Source: Hemiscyllium ocellatum | Taxonomy: Eukaryota | NCBI RefSeq assembly: GCF_020745735.1 | Contig: NW_026869259.1 | Location: 62,001 to 126,000, forward strand | DNA: 64,000 nt | Direction of reading: 5' to 3' | Shown here: in pieces, positions 37,496 to 49,819 of the stretch | Layout: the number at the start of each line of letters is the position of its first letter | Position numbering within the stretch: the first letter of the stretch is position 1 | The notes under the pieces: generated by a model | What the model saw: only the letters and a program-made list of their open reading frames with translations | What the model was told of the DNA's origin: nothing | The model's database searches: none | Program-made: the position numbers and the translations under genes

Positions 37496-38467
37496 ACACA
37501 TTAGTGGGCAATACACAGTGTACATTGTGTCCTGGAGCATCTTGAAAAGGTGTCTTTCTCTGTTTCCATTTTCAGCTCCAGGGCTGTCATGAAGGAGCTG
37601 AAAGAATCTTTGGTGAAGAAGTTTCTGGACGGTGAGGGCTGTGTGAAGGGTTTCAGCAGTGACTGATGATTGCATCTCCTTGTTCAGACTGCTCCTTCCC
37701 ACCACTGATCAAGCCATGTAACCTCCTGTCACACTGAGTGACATTGCAATCCATATCATAGTGTCAGTGCCAGCAAACAGCAGCATCACAGTCTGACCCA
37801 CTGGGACAGGCATCACTGCCTGACATCAAAGAACGGAGCCTGAATCCCCTCCCCCCATGCTCATAAACCCTACAGCATCGAAAATATACTGACACGCAGC
37901 CACTTCTATTAAACACTGACCACCAGAGAACCCCCTCAGAGGTAGAAGTCAGCATCGAGACTGAGAAAGAGGGAGAGATGGGGTGATGCGAAGACAAAGA
38001 GACGGAAAGGGGGAGAGAGAGAGAAAAAAAAGAGAGAGAGAGAAAGAGAGAGACGGAGAGGGAGCCAATTATTGGGAGCCAGCTGTTGTCCATGTCTGAG
38101 GGAAGGAGTCTTATTCCAATTATGTCAGACCTTGGTGAGGCCGCACCGGCAGCACTGGGTCCAGTTTTGATTTCCTTCCCGATGGAAGGATAGACTCACC
38201 CAGACTCTACCTGGAAGGAGGTGCAGCAAAGATTCGTGAAGCTGATTCCTGGCATAAGGGGATTCTCTGATGAGGCCAAATGGAGTCTATAGGGACATTA
38301 ATCCCTGGAGTTTAGTGGAGCAGGCTGGAGAGGCTGAATGGCCTCCTTCTGTCCCTATTTCTTCTGTTCTGATGATGGTGTCAGTGTGTACTGATGAGAA
38401 ATGGGGTTCCTCTGTTGAAACTACTCCTGATTTAAGGAGAAGCTGCAGAAGCTTCAATTTCTAACCA

Positions 38468-38771
38468 CGATGGCACAGTGGTTAGCACTGCTGCCTCACA
38501 GTGCCAGATTCAATTCCTGCGTCAGGCGACTGACTGTGTGGAGTTCGCACATTCTTCCCATGTCTGCGTGGGTTTCCTCCGGGTGCTCCGGTTTCCTCCC
38601 ACAATCCAAAGATGTGCGTGTCAGGTGAATTGGCCATGCTAAATTGTCCGTAGTGTTAGGTAAGGGGTAAATGTAGGGGTATGGGTGGGTTGCGCTTCGG
38701 CGGGTCGGTGTGGACTTGTTGGGCCGAAGGGCCTGTTTCCATACTGTAAGTAATCTAATCTAATCTAATCT
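38468..38771 (+). mobile_element. HE1-type SINE (near full length)
   Basis: ggcacagtggttagcactgctgcctcacag head and (taatc)n tail. Confidence 0.9.
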
Positions 38772-40416
38772 ACCTACTCGGCCTCTTAGACACCATGAGC
38801 TGGTTTACTGTGCCCAGCACCGACATCCCACTCCCTCCCTCCCTGACAAGGCTCTGTCTGATTGGATTCTCATTGTTACATTTTCCCAGTTCTGGAGGAG
38901 GCTCCATCCTCTGATCCAGCATCCCGGCGCATTCCCAAACCTGACATCCAGATCCGGAGTGGACCTGTTCCTCTCAAATAACAATTCCAATGATGACATT
39001 CCACTGGGTCCCTTGCTGCAGGGAAAGGATCAGCCAGGGCCGTATTCTTCAGCCATGGAGAATAATGATGGGATGTTTGGAGTGTGAGTTTGATGATGTA
39101 AATGTGAACCATTGCAGCAAAGACATTACAGATGGTTTGTACAGACAGCAAAGCCCAAACCAGAGCATTGTTACAAATGACTATTTCCCAGTGAAGGGGT
39201 CTATCCTGCTGAGCATTAGATACAGCTGGGCTTTGGAGAAATATTAGGCAGATGGATGTAATGTGGGGGGGGGACATGAATCATAAAGTTAGTACACAGC
39301 TACAGCAAGTGAATCCAGAGGCAGATGGAGTGTTGGTGCTCCTTGTAAAGGGAATGCAATCCAAAAGCAGGGACATTTTACTGCAGCTGTACAGGGGTTA
39401 GGGGTTTGGTGTGAGCACATCTGGAATATGGTGTCCAGTATCAGGCTCCTTATTGAAGAAAGGACAGGACCTGCATTGGAAGTAGTTCAGAGATGGTTCC
39501 CTTGACTGATTCCTGGTATAGAGCGATTGTCTTATGAGCAAAGGTCAAACAGGTTTGGAATCTGATCACTGGAGTTTAGAAGAATGAGAGGGAATCTCAT
39601 TGAAATGTATCAAATTCTTAAGGGGCTTGACAGGGGAAATGCTGGATGTTTCCCTTCATGGGAGAGGAAGGGCTACACAGAAAACCACTGGGTAACCACT
39701 AGGACAGTATCCAGAACACAGGAGGACCAGAAAGCTGAACTGTATCTATTTTAATGTAAGGAGCTTGACGAGTAAGGAGGTTGAACTGAGAGCATTGACC
39801 AGCACGTGGGAATATCATATTGCTGCAATTGCTGAGACATGATTGAAGAAAGATAGGACTGGCAGCTCAACATTCCAGGGTAGTGAAGTCTCAGGTGGGA
39901 TAGAGGGAATGCAGGAGAGGTGGGAGTATTGCATTATTGATAAAGGAGACCATCACTGCAAGATTGAAGGAGCATTTCTTGGAAGGCTCTTCAAATGAGG
40001 CCATCTGGGTAAAGCTAGAAATAACAAAAGGACAATCACTTTGCTGGGATTATACTACAGGCCTCCCAATTGTCAGATGGAGAGAAAGGTGCAGATATGT
40101 TGGTAAATCACAGAGAGGTGTGAGAGGAATAGGGTTATATTATTGGGGAATTTCGACTTCTATAGTATGAACTGGGATTGCCTTTGTGTGAATGGTAGAA
40201 ATTTTACAGTCCATCTAGGAGAGCTTTTGGCGCCAGTACATCGGTAGTCCCTCTAAACATGGGCAGTGCTGGACTCAATCCTTGGTAATGAAGCCGGTCA
40301 AATGGTTGAAGAGTCAGTGGGTGAGCATTTTGGACATAGTGAACATAACTCCGTAAGTTTCATAGTTATTATGGAAAGGAGTAAGGGTCATCCTCATCTC
40401 CATTATACTCACTACT

Positions 40417-40760
40417 TGACAAATCTGTACATGACACTATGATTCCTCAAAACCTGGGAGAGGAATTAAGGATGCTGGTTTTGTGTTGAGGTTTACCTAC
40501 AACTGGACAAGTAGGACAAGTTTTATAAAACTGCACCACATCTTTATCCAATTGTAGCTCAGTAAAATACCTGTTTCTGGATGCCTGTGTTTTCCAAATC
40601 CCCATGTGATCAGCCATGGGAGTCTCATGTGCTCCTTGTACTAGTTCCCTCTGATAACTGGATGGGACCACTAGCCAATGTCTAACCAACCATTCTTCAT
40701 CAAGGGGTCCATGAGGCGGTCTCCACTTCCTCATCAGCACTCTGTTCTGAAGTTAACCAT
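40417..40760 (-). mobile_element. Gypsy integrase H2C2 remnant
   Basis: ORF 40447..40740: AHETPMADHMGIWKT...KDVVQFYKTCPTCPVVGKP. Confidence 0.85.
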
Positions 40761-42054
40761 GGTGGCACGGGGGCTTAGTGGTTAGCACTGCTACCTCACA
40801 GTCTCAAACTCAGTAGATGTTTGTCCAAGCTGTTTCTGTAAGTTCTGAAACATCTGTCTGTATGTTTCTGGGACCAACTCATGTGTGCTTAGAATAGACA
40901 TTTTCACCTCCTCTTGATCCAGAGAACATTCCTCTGACAGGGATGCAGAAACCTCTTGTGCTTCCCAAGTTCATTTTTGCATGGTCCAGCTCCATTGTTT
41001 TTTTTCCCACCTCACTTGTTTAACTATCTTCTCTAACGACATGAAACATGCTTCCAAATCCTTCGCTTCATAGTCATAGAGTCATAGAGCAAACAAACAG
41101 GTTATCCTCCCTATCATGTCGATGCTGATCAGTAATCACCAAACTGTGTTAATCCTGCCCCCCACCCCAACCTGCACTTGGTCCATAGTCTTCCATACTC
41201 TGGCATTTTATGTGCTCATCTGGATGTTTCTCAAATGTTGGGAGAGGAGCAGCACATTCTGAAGGAGCACATTCCATATTTCTACCACCCTCTGGGTAAA
41301 ACAAAGTCCTCAAAACCCCTCTATACCACTTTTTCATCACGTTCTGTTCATGCCCTCTGGTCACAGATGTGTCTACCATGGGAAAAGATTCTCACGATTT
41401 ACTTTGTCTATGTCTTTCATAATTTTTTAAACCTTAATCAGAATTCCCCCAGAGAAAACAAACCCAGCCTATCCAGTCTCTCCTCATAACTAAGACAGTC
41501 CATTCCAGAGAACATCCTGGTGAGTCTCCTCTCCACCCTCTCTAGTGCAGTCATGTCCTTCCGACAGTGTCATGACCAGAACTGTACACAGTGTTCCAGA
41601 TACGGCCTAATCAATGCTCTGTAAATTAACAAGAAGACTTCCTTACTCCTATATTCTATACCCTCGCTAATGATGGCAAGCATCCCATATGCCTTCTTCA
41701 CCACCCTGTCTAGCTGTGCTGATACCTTCCGGGATCGATGGACTTGTACACCAAGGTCCCTTCATTTCTCACTACTCCCAATGAACATAAGAACATTAGA
41801 ACTAGGAGCAGGAGCAGGAGTAGGCCATCTGTCCCTTCGAACCTGCTCCGCCATGCAATAAGATCATGGCTGATCATTTCTTGGACTCAGCTCCAATTAT
41901 CTGCGCTCTCACCGTATCTCTTAATTCCTTTATTGTTCAAAAAAATCGGTCTTAGCTTTAAAAATGTTTATTGAATTAACGTCAACTACTTCTTTGGCCA
42001 AGGAATTTCATAGATTTACGACGACCTGGGTGAAGAAGTTCCTTCTCAATTCAG

Positions 42055-42345
42055 TCCCTTGGCCCAACAAGTCCACACTGACCCTCCGAACAGTAACCCA
42101 CCCAGGCCCTTCCCCTACATTTACCCCTGACTAAAAAACCTAACACTATGGGCAATTTTGCTTGGCCAATTCACCTGACCTGTACTTCTTTTGGATTGTG
42201 GGAGGAAACTGGAGCACCCGGAGGAAACCCACACAGACACAGGGAGAATGTGCAAACTCCAGACGGACAGTCACCCGGGGATGGAATTGAACCCATTTCC
42301 TTGGCACTTTGAGATAGCAGTGCTAACCACTGAGCCCCCGTGCCA
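42055..42345 (-). mobile_element. HE1-type SINE
   Basis: Reverse complement of the SINE body ending gcagtgctaaccactgagc. Confidence 0.85.
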
Positions 42346-42359
42346 ACATGGTTAACTTC

Positions 42360-43600
42360 AAAACAGAGTGCTGATGAGGATTTGGAGACCCCCTCATGGA
42401 CCCCCAGATGAAGAATGGTCGGTTAGACATTGGCTATTGGTCCCACCCAGCTATCATAGGGAGATAGTACAAGGGGCACACGAGACTCCCACGGCAGGTC
42501 ACATGGGGATTTGGAAAACATAGGCATCTGGAAATACTGAGCCACAATTGGATAAAGATGTGGTGCAGTTTTATAAAACGTGTACTACTTTTCAGGTTGT
42601 AGGTAAACCTCAACACAAAACTAGCATCCTTAATTCCTCTCCCAGTTTTTGAGGAACCATCGTGTCATGTACAGGTTTGTCAAGTAGTGACTATAATAGA
42701 GGAGGGGATCAGAAAATGTAAGAGATCCAAAGAGAATCAGATAATTCCCAAAGTGAACTTCCTGTTATTGGATGAACAATTTCAGATATATTCGAGAATT
42801 CGGACACTGTATTGTTGTATCTGGAGAAAGATCAACAGGTAGATTTAATGAGATTCCTCAGACAATTCAAAGATGTTTGTATGAGGAGTAGTTGAGGCCT
42901 TTGGTTCTGTACTTGATGGAGTTTAGACGGCTGAGAGGGAATGTCATTGAAACTTACAGAATACAGGGTGGCCTGGATAGAGTGAACATGGAGAAGATGT
43001 TTCCAATAATAGGAGAGTTGAAGACCCGAGGGAACAGCCTTCGAGAGAAGAGACAACCTTTCGAAATGAGTTGAGGAGGAATTTCTTCAGCCAGAGTGTC
43101 ATTAATCTGTGGAACTCGTTGTTGCAGAGGGCTGCAGAGAAAGTAAGAGAATTGGGCTGAGAGACATTATTAACCATAAATAAATGGGAGACCGGACTTA
43201 ATGGGCCAAATGGCCCAATTCCACTCCTTTATCTTATGGTCCTGTAATGATACACTTGGATGTACCACATGAATCAAATATGACATGGAATTGGTAATTC
43301 AGACACAATAAAACAAAAACCAACAGAAAACAGGCCAACATAACAGAGGGCTTCCATGTTGGAGAATCAGTTGATTGAACCAAGTCAGAGTAATTGGAGT
43401 TCTCCTGTAGCATTGGTTCCTGAACCAAACTGTTCAATTTGATTCTGTGCAGACCCTAAGAAAGTGAATATAGTCACAAAGCCAGATTCATTCCCTATTC
43501 CCAGACGAGAAGATTGCATAGATAAGATTGGAAGTGTATCATTCTTTTCTAAAATTGATTTGTTAAAAGGGTGTTGATAAGACCTCATTAATAACTAGAA
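42360..43600 (+). mobile_element. Gmr1-like Gypsy remnant (integrase H2C2, linker, RT start) with a CR1 3' insertion at about 42890-43245
   Basis: H2C2 at 42400-42620; ENSDTVLLYLEKDQQVDLMRFLRQFKDV linker near 42790-42880; IEPSQSNWSSP...FPIPR.EDCIDKIG at 43370-43560. Confidence 0.78.
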
Positions 43601-44058
43601 CTACGTGAGTTTCTGTATCTCTTACACCTTCAGGATTATACCCAATTGCCATTTGAACTTAAGAGTGCACCAGTCACATTTGAATGATTATCGTGAAAGT
43701 GAACAAGGTCACACTTCCCCATATTACACTCCAACTGCCCAATATTTTCCAAAGCCCAGCTGTATCTATTATTCAGCAGGATGGACCTTCACTGGGAAAC
43801 AGCCATTTGTAATGAGAATAATGACACATCTCTGAGAATCACATTAATCGCCACTTTTATTGAAGCTTTCATTAGTTCTGTGTTGATTGACGCAATGTTT
43901 TGGTTTGGGCTTTGCTGTCTGTACAAACCATCTGTAATGTCTTTGCTGCAATGGTTCACATTTACATCATCAAACTCACACTCCAAATACCCCGTCATTA
44001 TTCTCCATGGGATTCACTGGCATTGGCTCAGATCGAACTCCCAGCAGCTCAGAATGAG

Positions 44059-44191
44059 NNNNNNNNNNNNNNNNNNNNNNNNNNNNNNNNNNNNNNNNNN
44101 NNNNNNNNNNNNNNNNNNNNNNNNNNNNNNNNNNNNNNNNNNNNNNNNNNNNNNNNNNNNNNNNNNNNNNNNNNNNNNNNNNNNNNNNNNN
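44059..44191. other. Assembly gap (133 N)
   Basis: Run of N. Confidence 1.
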
Positions 44192-46929
44192 AGGGAGATA
44201 GAGCTTGGAGAGAGAAAAGAGGGATTAAAATAAGAGTGAGATCCATGCAGCTGAGGTAGTGAGGGAGGAGGGGGGAATATAGTGAGAGAGAGAGATGGAG
44301 TTCAAGGAGCTCTATATCAAAGATAAATTATACACTGTTAAAGCCTGCCCTGGATGAATGCTGTATGACTCTCTGACTCTATCAACATTGTCTACAATGC
44401 TGCCAAACTTTGTGTCATTAGCAAACTGAAATATCTGACTTTCTATGCCATTATCCAAGTCATTGATAAGTAATGTAATTAATTGAGGTGTGAGCACACA
44501 TTCCTATTGGACACCACTAGTCACATCCTGCCAATTTCAGCACTTACCCATTATCCCTATTTTCGGTCACCTGTCACTCAACCAGCTTTCCAATGTGTCA
44601 GTATTTTAGCCTCAATTCTGTGGACTTCTATCGAAGTTGACGTTTTCTTACATAGGACACTATCAAATGTCTTTTGGAAGTCCCTATAAACAACATCCAT
44701 AGACATTACTGCGACCAGTACGTTAGTCTCCTCTTCAAAAAAGTTCAAGGAGGTTTTTCACCATGACCACTTTGTCATGAATCCATGCTGACTCTCCCTG
44801 AATAACTGACCATTTTCAAGGTCTTCAGTTACCCCCATCCTTGCTTATAGACTTCAACAATTTCCGCACTACAAACATTAGTGACCTGTACTTTCCTGGA
44901 TTTTCTCTCACATACTTGTTAAATGTGAAGTGACATTTGCAAATTTCCAAGCCAGAGGTCTAACTCCTGTATCCAGGGAACTCTGAAAGATTATAGTCAG
45001 AGTGTCTACAATGTGGTCTGTTGCTACCTTTATCACCCTCAGATGGAGAATGTCAGATTCTGAGGATTTATCACTCTTTAGTTCCATTATTTTCCTCATT
45101 ACAGATGTTTTTCTGACTTGAATTTTATTCAGTCCCTGATCCCCTTCAGGCAAGTCCTCCTCCTTTTCTACTGCAAATCTTGAGGTAAAGTATTTATTTA
45201 ACATGGCTGTCATTTCCCCATTGTCACTGACAATATCCCCCACTTTCAGTCTTTAAGGCCAACATTGCTCCTGACCTCCCAGATTCCCTTTTATGGAACT
45301 GAAACATTTCTCCTTATTGATTTTGATATCCCTTACATGTTTCCTTTCAGAATCCCTTTTGGGAGCTCTTCGAAGCTGCTTTGTGGCCCTTTGTATCTTT
45401 CCCAATCAGCAGATGATGTCATTTTACTTGCATTTTTGTAAGCCCTTGTTTTAGTTTTATTCTTTCCCTAATCTCTTTTATTGTCCATTGCTGTTTGTTC
45501 GAAGAAGTGGAGCTTTCCCCTCTCAGGTATAAACTGGTTTTGTTTTATGTTGAATGTTTCTTTAAACATCCCCCACTGTTCTTCAGTTGTTTTACCCATG
45601 AGCAGATTTTCCTAGTTTACTGTGGACAGTCTGTGTCGCATCTTGTTATAGTCGGCCTTACCTTAATCTCAAACTCTAGCAGCTGATTCATGCTGTTTAC
45701 TTTCAAATGTGACATTGAACTCGATCATGTTATGATCACTATTTGATAAATGTTAATGTACAAGTAGTTACTAACTAAATTTGGTTCATTATTCATTACT
45801 AATTCCAATATTGCTTGTCCCCTTGTTGTATCCAGGACCTATGGCTGTTGGTAACTATTCCGGATACCCTCCAGAAATTTACTACCTTTCTGAGAGAGGG
45901 CTTGCTTCTCTCCCAATCTAAGTTAAAGTTAAACTTCCCCATTAATAATGCACTGGCTTTGCTGCACACTTGTCTAATTCCTACATTTACACAATCCAGC
46001 ACCTCAGAGCTGCTGCCAGGGGAGGGTCTGTATCCAACATCTATTACAGTTTTAGATCCTTTCCTGCTTCTCAGTTCCACTGAATGCTTTCCCCTCATTT
46101 TAACCTCCCTCACCATTGAAGTAATTTTGTTTCTAATGAATAAGGCTGCTCCACCTCTTCTGTCATTTCCCCAAGTCCATCCTGTGAACCTTGTAATCCG
46201 ATATATTTAGTTCCCAATCCTAACTTAGATTGGGAGAGAGACAAGCACTCTGTCAGAAAGGTAATAAATTTCTGGAGGGTATCCGGAATAGTTACCAAAT
46301 ATATCTCAGCAATTGATCCGACAGCAAAATCTTAAATTTGAATTTGTGCCCGCAGATTATTGTATTTATTCCTTACGCTCCGTGCATTCATGTATAGAAC
46401 TCTCATTTGGTCCATTCGCTGGAATCTGTTCCTCAGCACTGATGCTGTATTCACCTCTTTCTTATTTCTCTCCATCTGTTTAATCAATATCCTTCTGATA
46501 GCTTTCCTGATATTGCCCAAATAGGACCTTTTGCCGATGTTGCCAATGTTGTTGGTCTCAGCACGCACAACAACAACTGGATCCTCCTCCCCGCACCCAC
46601 TCCAATATCCTTTCAAGTTGGTTCGAGATGCCCCTTACCTTGGCACCAGGCAGGCAACACACCATGTGGGACTACCAATCCTGCTCACAAAGCATGCTCT
46701 CAGTCCCCCTCATTATCAAATCCTCCTCTTTCCTTTGTGCCCCCCCAGCCTGAATGGCCTCCTGCAGTGGTTTTCATTCATTCATTCATAAGATGTGGGC
46801 ATTTCTGGCCAAGCCAATATTTACTGCCTATAGGGCAGTCAACAGACAACCACATGGAATCATACAATCATAGGGGAAAAGAGGAAACTGGTGAAGTCGC
46901 GTCTCTTTCAGTACATGGTTGAAGAGCTC

Positions 46930-47292
46930 ATTTCCCCTCCTTCCACCTTACCCCAGTTCCAACCTTCCAGATCAGCACCATCCTCATGACCTGTCCTACC
47001 TGCCAATCTCCCTTCCCACCTATCTGCCCCACCCTCCCCTCTGACCTATCACCTCCATCCCCATCCCTATTCACCTATTGTACTCTTTGCTACCTTCTCC
47101 CCAAACCCGCCCCCCCCCCCCAACCTACGTTTATCTCTCCACCCCGGATGCTCTCTGCCTCTATTCCTGATGAAGTGCTTTTGCCCAAAACGTCAATTTT
47201 CTTGCCCTCAGATGCTGCGTGACCTGCAGTGCTTTTCCAGCACCACTCTGATTTAAACTCTGGTTTCCAGCATCTGCAGTCCTCACTTTTGC
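46930..47292 (+). mobile_element. Penelope-like 3' region and tail
   Basis: C-rich 3' region followed by cctgatgaag...gatgctgc.tgacctgc.gtgcttttccagc...gcatctgcagtcctcacttt. Confidence 0.7.
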
Positions 47293-48080
47293 CTAGTTGA
47301 AATTAGATATCCCCTAGTTTACACATTTAATTTTTGCTTCATCTTTATCTCTTTACATGATGACTTTGAAACTTACAGACTTTGGTCACTATCACCAAAA
47401 TGCTTACACTACATTTGCTTATTCTCCTGACAATCCTTTTCCTCATTGACACAGGGAGCAAGTATCTCATTAATGTTGGACAATAAGCTGAGACTCCTGC
47501 AATACTACATTCAGGCTGCGTAGACCTGCTCACTTATAGTCACACCCTCCTCTCCCTGACCACTGACTATAATTTGAAGCATTTAACCTACAAGGTGTGA
47601 CTGCCTCCCCAAACCCAGTGTCCAGGTAACTCCCCCTCTCCCCGATGTGTCACAGTGTTTGAAGCTCAGATTCTAGCTCATCAACTCTGAGCTGGAGTGC
47701 CTTGAGCAACCGACACTTGCTGCAGATGTGGTCACTCAGCTTCCCCAACGCAATTACTACACATCAACTGGCCCTGTATGTGGAAATTATTTGAGGAGCT
47801 TTTAATTTTTTTTAAAAAATTGCTGTTAGTCTTTAATTTTTAATCTGTAAAATATTTCCATCAAGGAGACAGAGAAGGCTCTAGCTCAGATGGAGGCTCT
47901 TCAGCCCCTCATGTCAGTGCTCGTGGTTTAGTAACCTCATTCACAATGAACATCTCCGTTGAATGTTTGTTGTCAGGACGTGATTGAGTCTGTTTTTAGA
48001 GAGAGAATAACGGATAAATATGAACTGGTCCGAGAGAATCAGCATGGATTTACAAAGGTTCAGAAATTGAAGGTTCAGTA

Positions 48081-48366
48081 TGGTGGCTCAGTGGTTAGCA
48101 CTGCTGCCTCACAGCACCAGGGGCCCAGGTTCAATTCCAGCCTCGGATGTGTATAGAGTTTGTACATTCTCCCTGGGTCTGCGTGGGTTTCCTCTCACAG
48201 TGCAAAGATGTGCAGGTCAGGTGAATTGGTCATTATAAATTGCCCACCGTGTTAGGTGCAATAGTTCCGAGGGAAATGGGTCTGGGTGGGTTTCTCTTCG
48301 GAGGGTCAGTGTGGACTTGTTGGGCCAAAGGGTCTGTTTCCACACTGTAGTGAATCTGATCTAATC
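48081..48366 (+). mobile_element. HE1-type SINE
   Basis: gtggctcagtggttagcactgctgcctcacagcaccaggg head and aatct tail. Confidence 0.85.
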
Positions 48367-49819
48367 TTTAACTAACGAGGGTACATACTGTTAGGAGGTC
48401 CCTAATGTGGGATATAAGGGAATGTCGATGGCTATTGTCCATAGGGAATTCCAGAAGACATTTAAGAACATTTCACAAAAGAAACATGGAATCTTGCACT
48501 CCACAATCACTTGATGAAGGAGCACCGCTCAGAAAGCTGGTGTTTCCAAATAAACCTGTTGGACTACAATCTGGTGTTCTGTGATTTTTAACTTTGTACA
48601 CGACAATCCAACACTGGCATCTCCAAATCATGGAATCGGATGGAATTTGAGAAATGTATTTACCTTGTGTCAGAAATGGGTCTGTCTAGGAGACAGAGAG
48701 GAAGGATAATGTGTGTGTGTTCCAATGAGCCAGATGTGAGTAGTGGTGTTGCCAGGGATCTGTGCTGGGACCTCAGCTTTTCACAATATTTCTCAATGAC
48801 TTGGATGAAGAAACAGAGAGCCATATGTCCAAGATTGTTGACCACACTGATGTGGCTTGCAGGAGGTCACAGAGATAGGGAGGATAGAAGGACAGGGAGC
48901 GGATTGAGAACAAAGAGGAGAATTTGAAAATCAAGGTGTTGCTGGACCAGGAGCTGATGTCAGTCAGTGAGGATTGTGGTGGTCATGGAGGGATGGAAGA
49001 CAGGGGCAGGGGTGTGGGGTGGACTTGGTGTGAGTTTGAACACTGATAGCAGAGTTTGGGATGAGCTGATATTTACAGAAGGCAGTGGCTATGACGTGGG
49101 CCTGGATAACATTGGAATGGTCACATTTGGAGTCCCAAAAACATGGCTGAGATTTTCAGTGGCTGATCTTTGTGATGTGGAGGACTCGGGCCTCAAATCA
49201 GCCTCAAAGATGAGGCCAAGGTTATAAAGAGTCTTGTTGAGCAGCAGACAGTGCTCAGGGAGAGGGATGGTGTTTGTACCAAAGAGGATGACTTTGATCT
49301 TCCCAATGTGTTTCCCAGTGAGCTTGGCTCCTCAGTCCTGACTGCTCTTAGCTGCTGTGATTGTCACTGATTGGACACTTATTATTAGAGATTCTGACCA
49401 CAGCAGAAAGCCCCAGTGTAAAATATATATCTTCAAAGACTGTCAGATCGCAAGATTGAAACTTCACGAATAGAGGAAATGAAAGAAGTAACTCAGAGCA
49501 GCTGGATGTTTGTTACTAAGACAGGAGAAAACTGTGAGCCATCTCCACTCCCTGGAATCTGAAAGCACAGGAGGAGGCCATTCAGCCCATCATGTCTTTG
49601 AATTACTCAATTAGCCCCATTGCTCTCTCCCCATAACTCTGCAAATCTTTCCTTTTCAGCTCAATCTCCAATTCCCTCTTATCGACCTCATGTCCACAGA
49701 GTGATACTGCTCTGAAGCTAGGCTTCAAATTGGCATCTCATTCCCTGGGCTGGGAAATGGAGCTTAGGACCCTGAACATTCCCTCTCCCCTCCTGAGGAA
49801 CACTTCATTTGGTTTTGCA

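Noticed and set aside
37202-37705. 167-aa minus-strand ORF
   Set aside because: A chance read-through from unassigned sequence into a CR1 RT fragment; not a coherent protein.
38468-38540. tRNA-like heads with A/B boxes (also 15461, 48081, 40760)
   Set aside because: They continue into SINE body and tail; these are SINE heads, not tRNA genes.
38990-39247. 85-aa ORF with a paralog at 43789..43998
   Set aside because: No recognisable domain, and the frames diverge between copies after an indel; treated as non-coding duplicated sequence.
43313-43321. Perfect nonamer ACAAAAACC
   Set aside because: No heptamer 12 or 23 nt upstream; it lies inside the Gypsy remnant.
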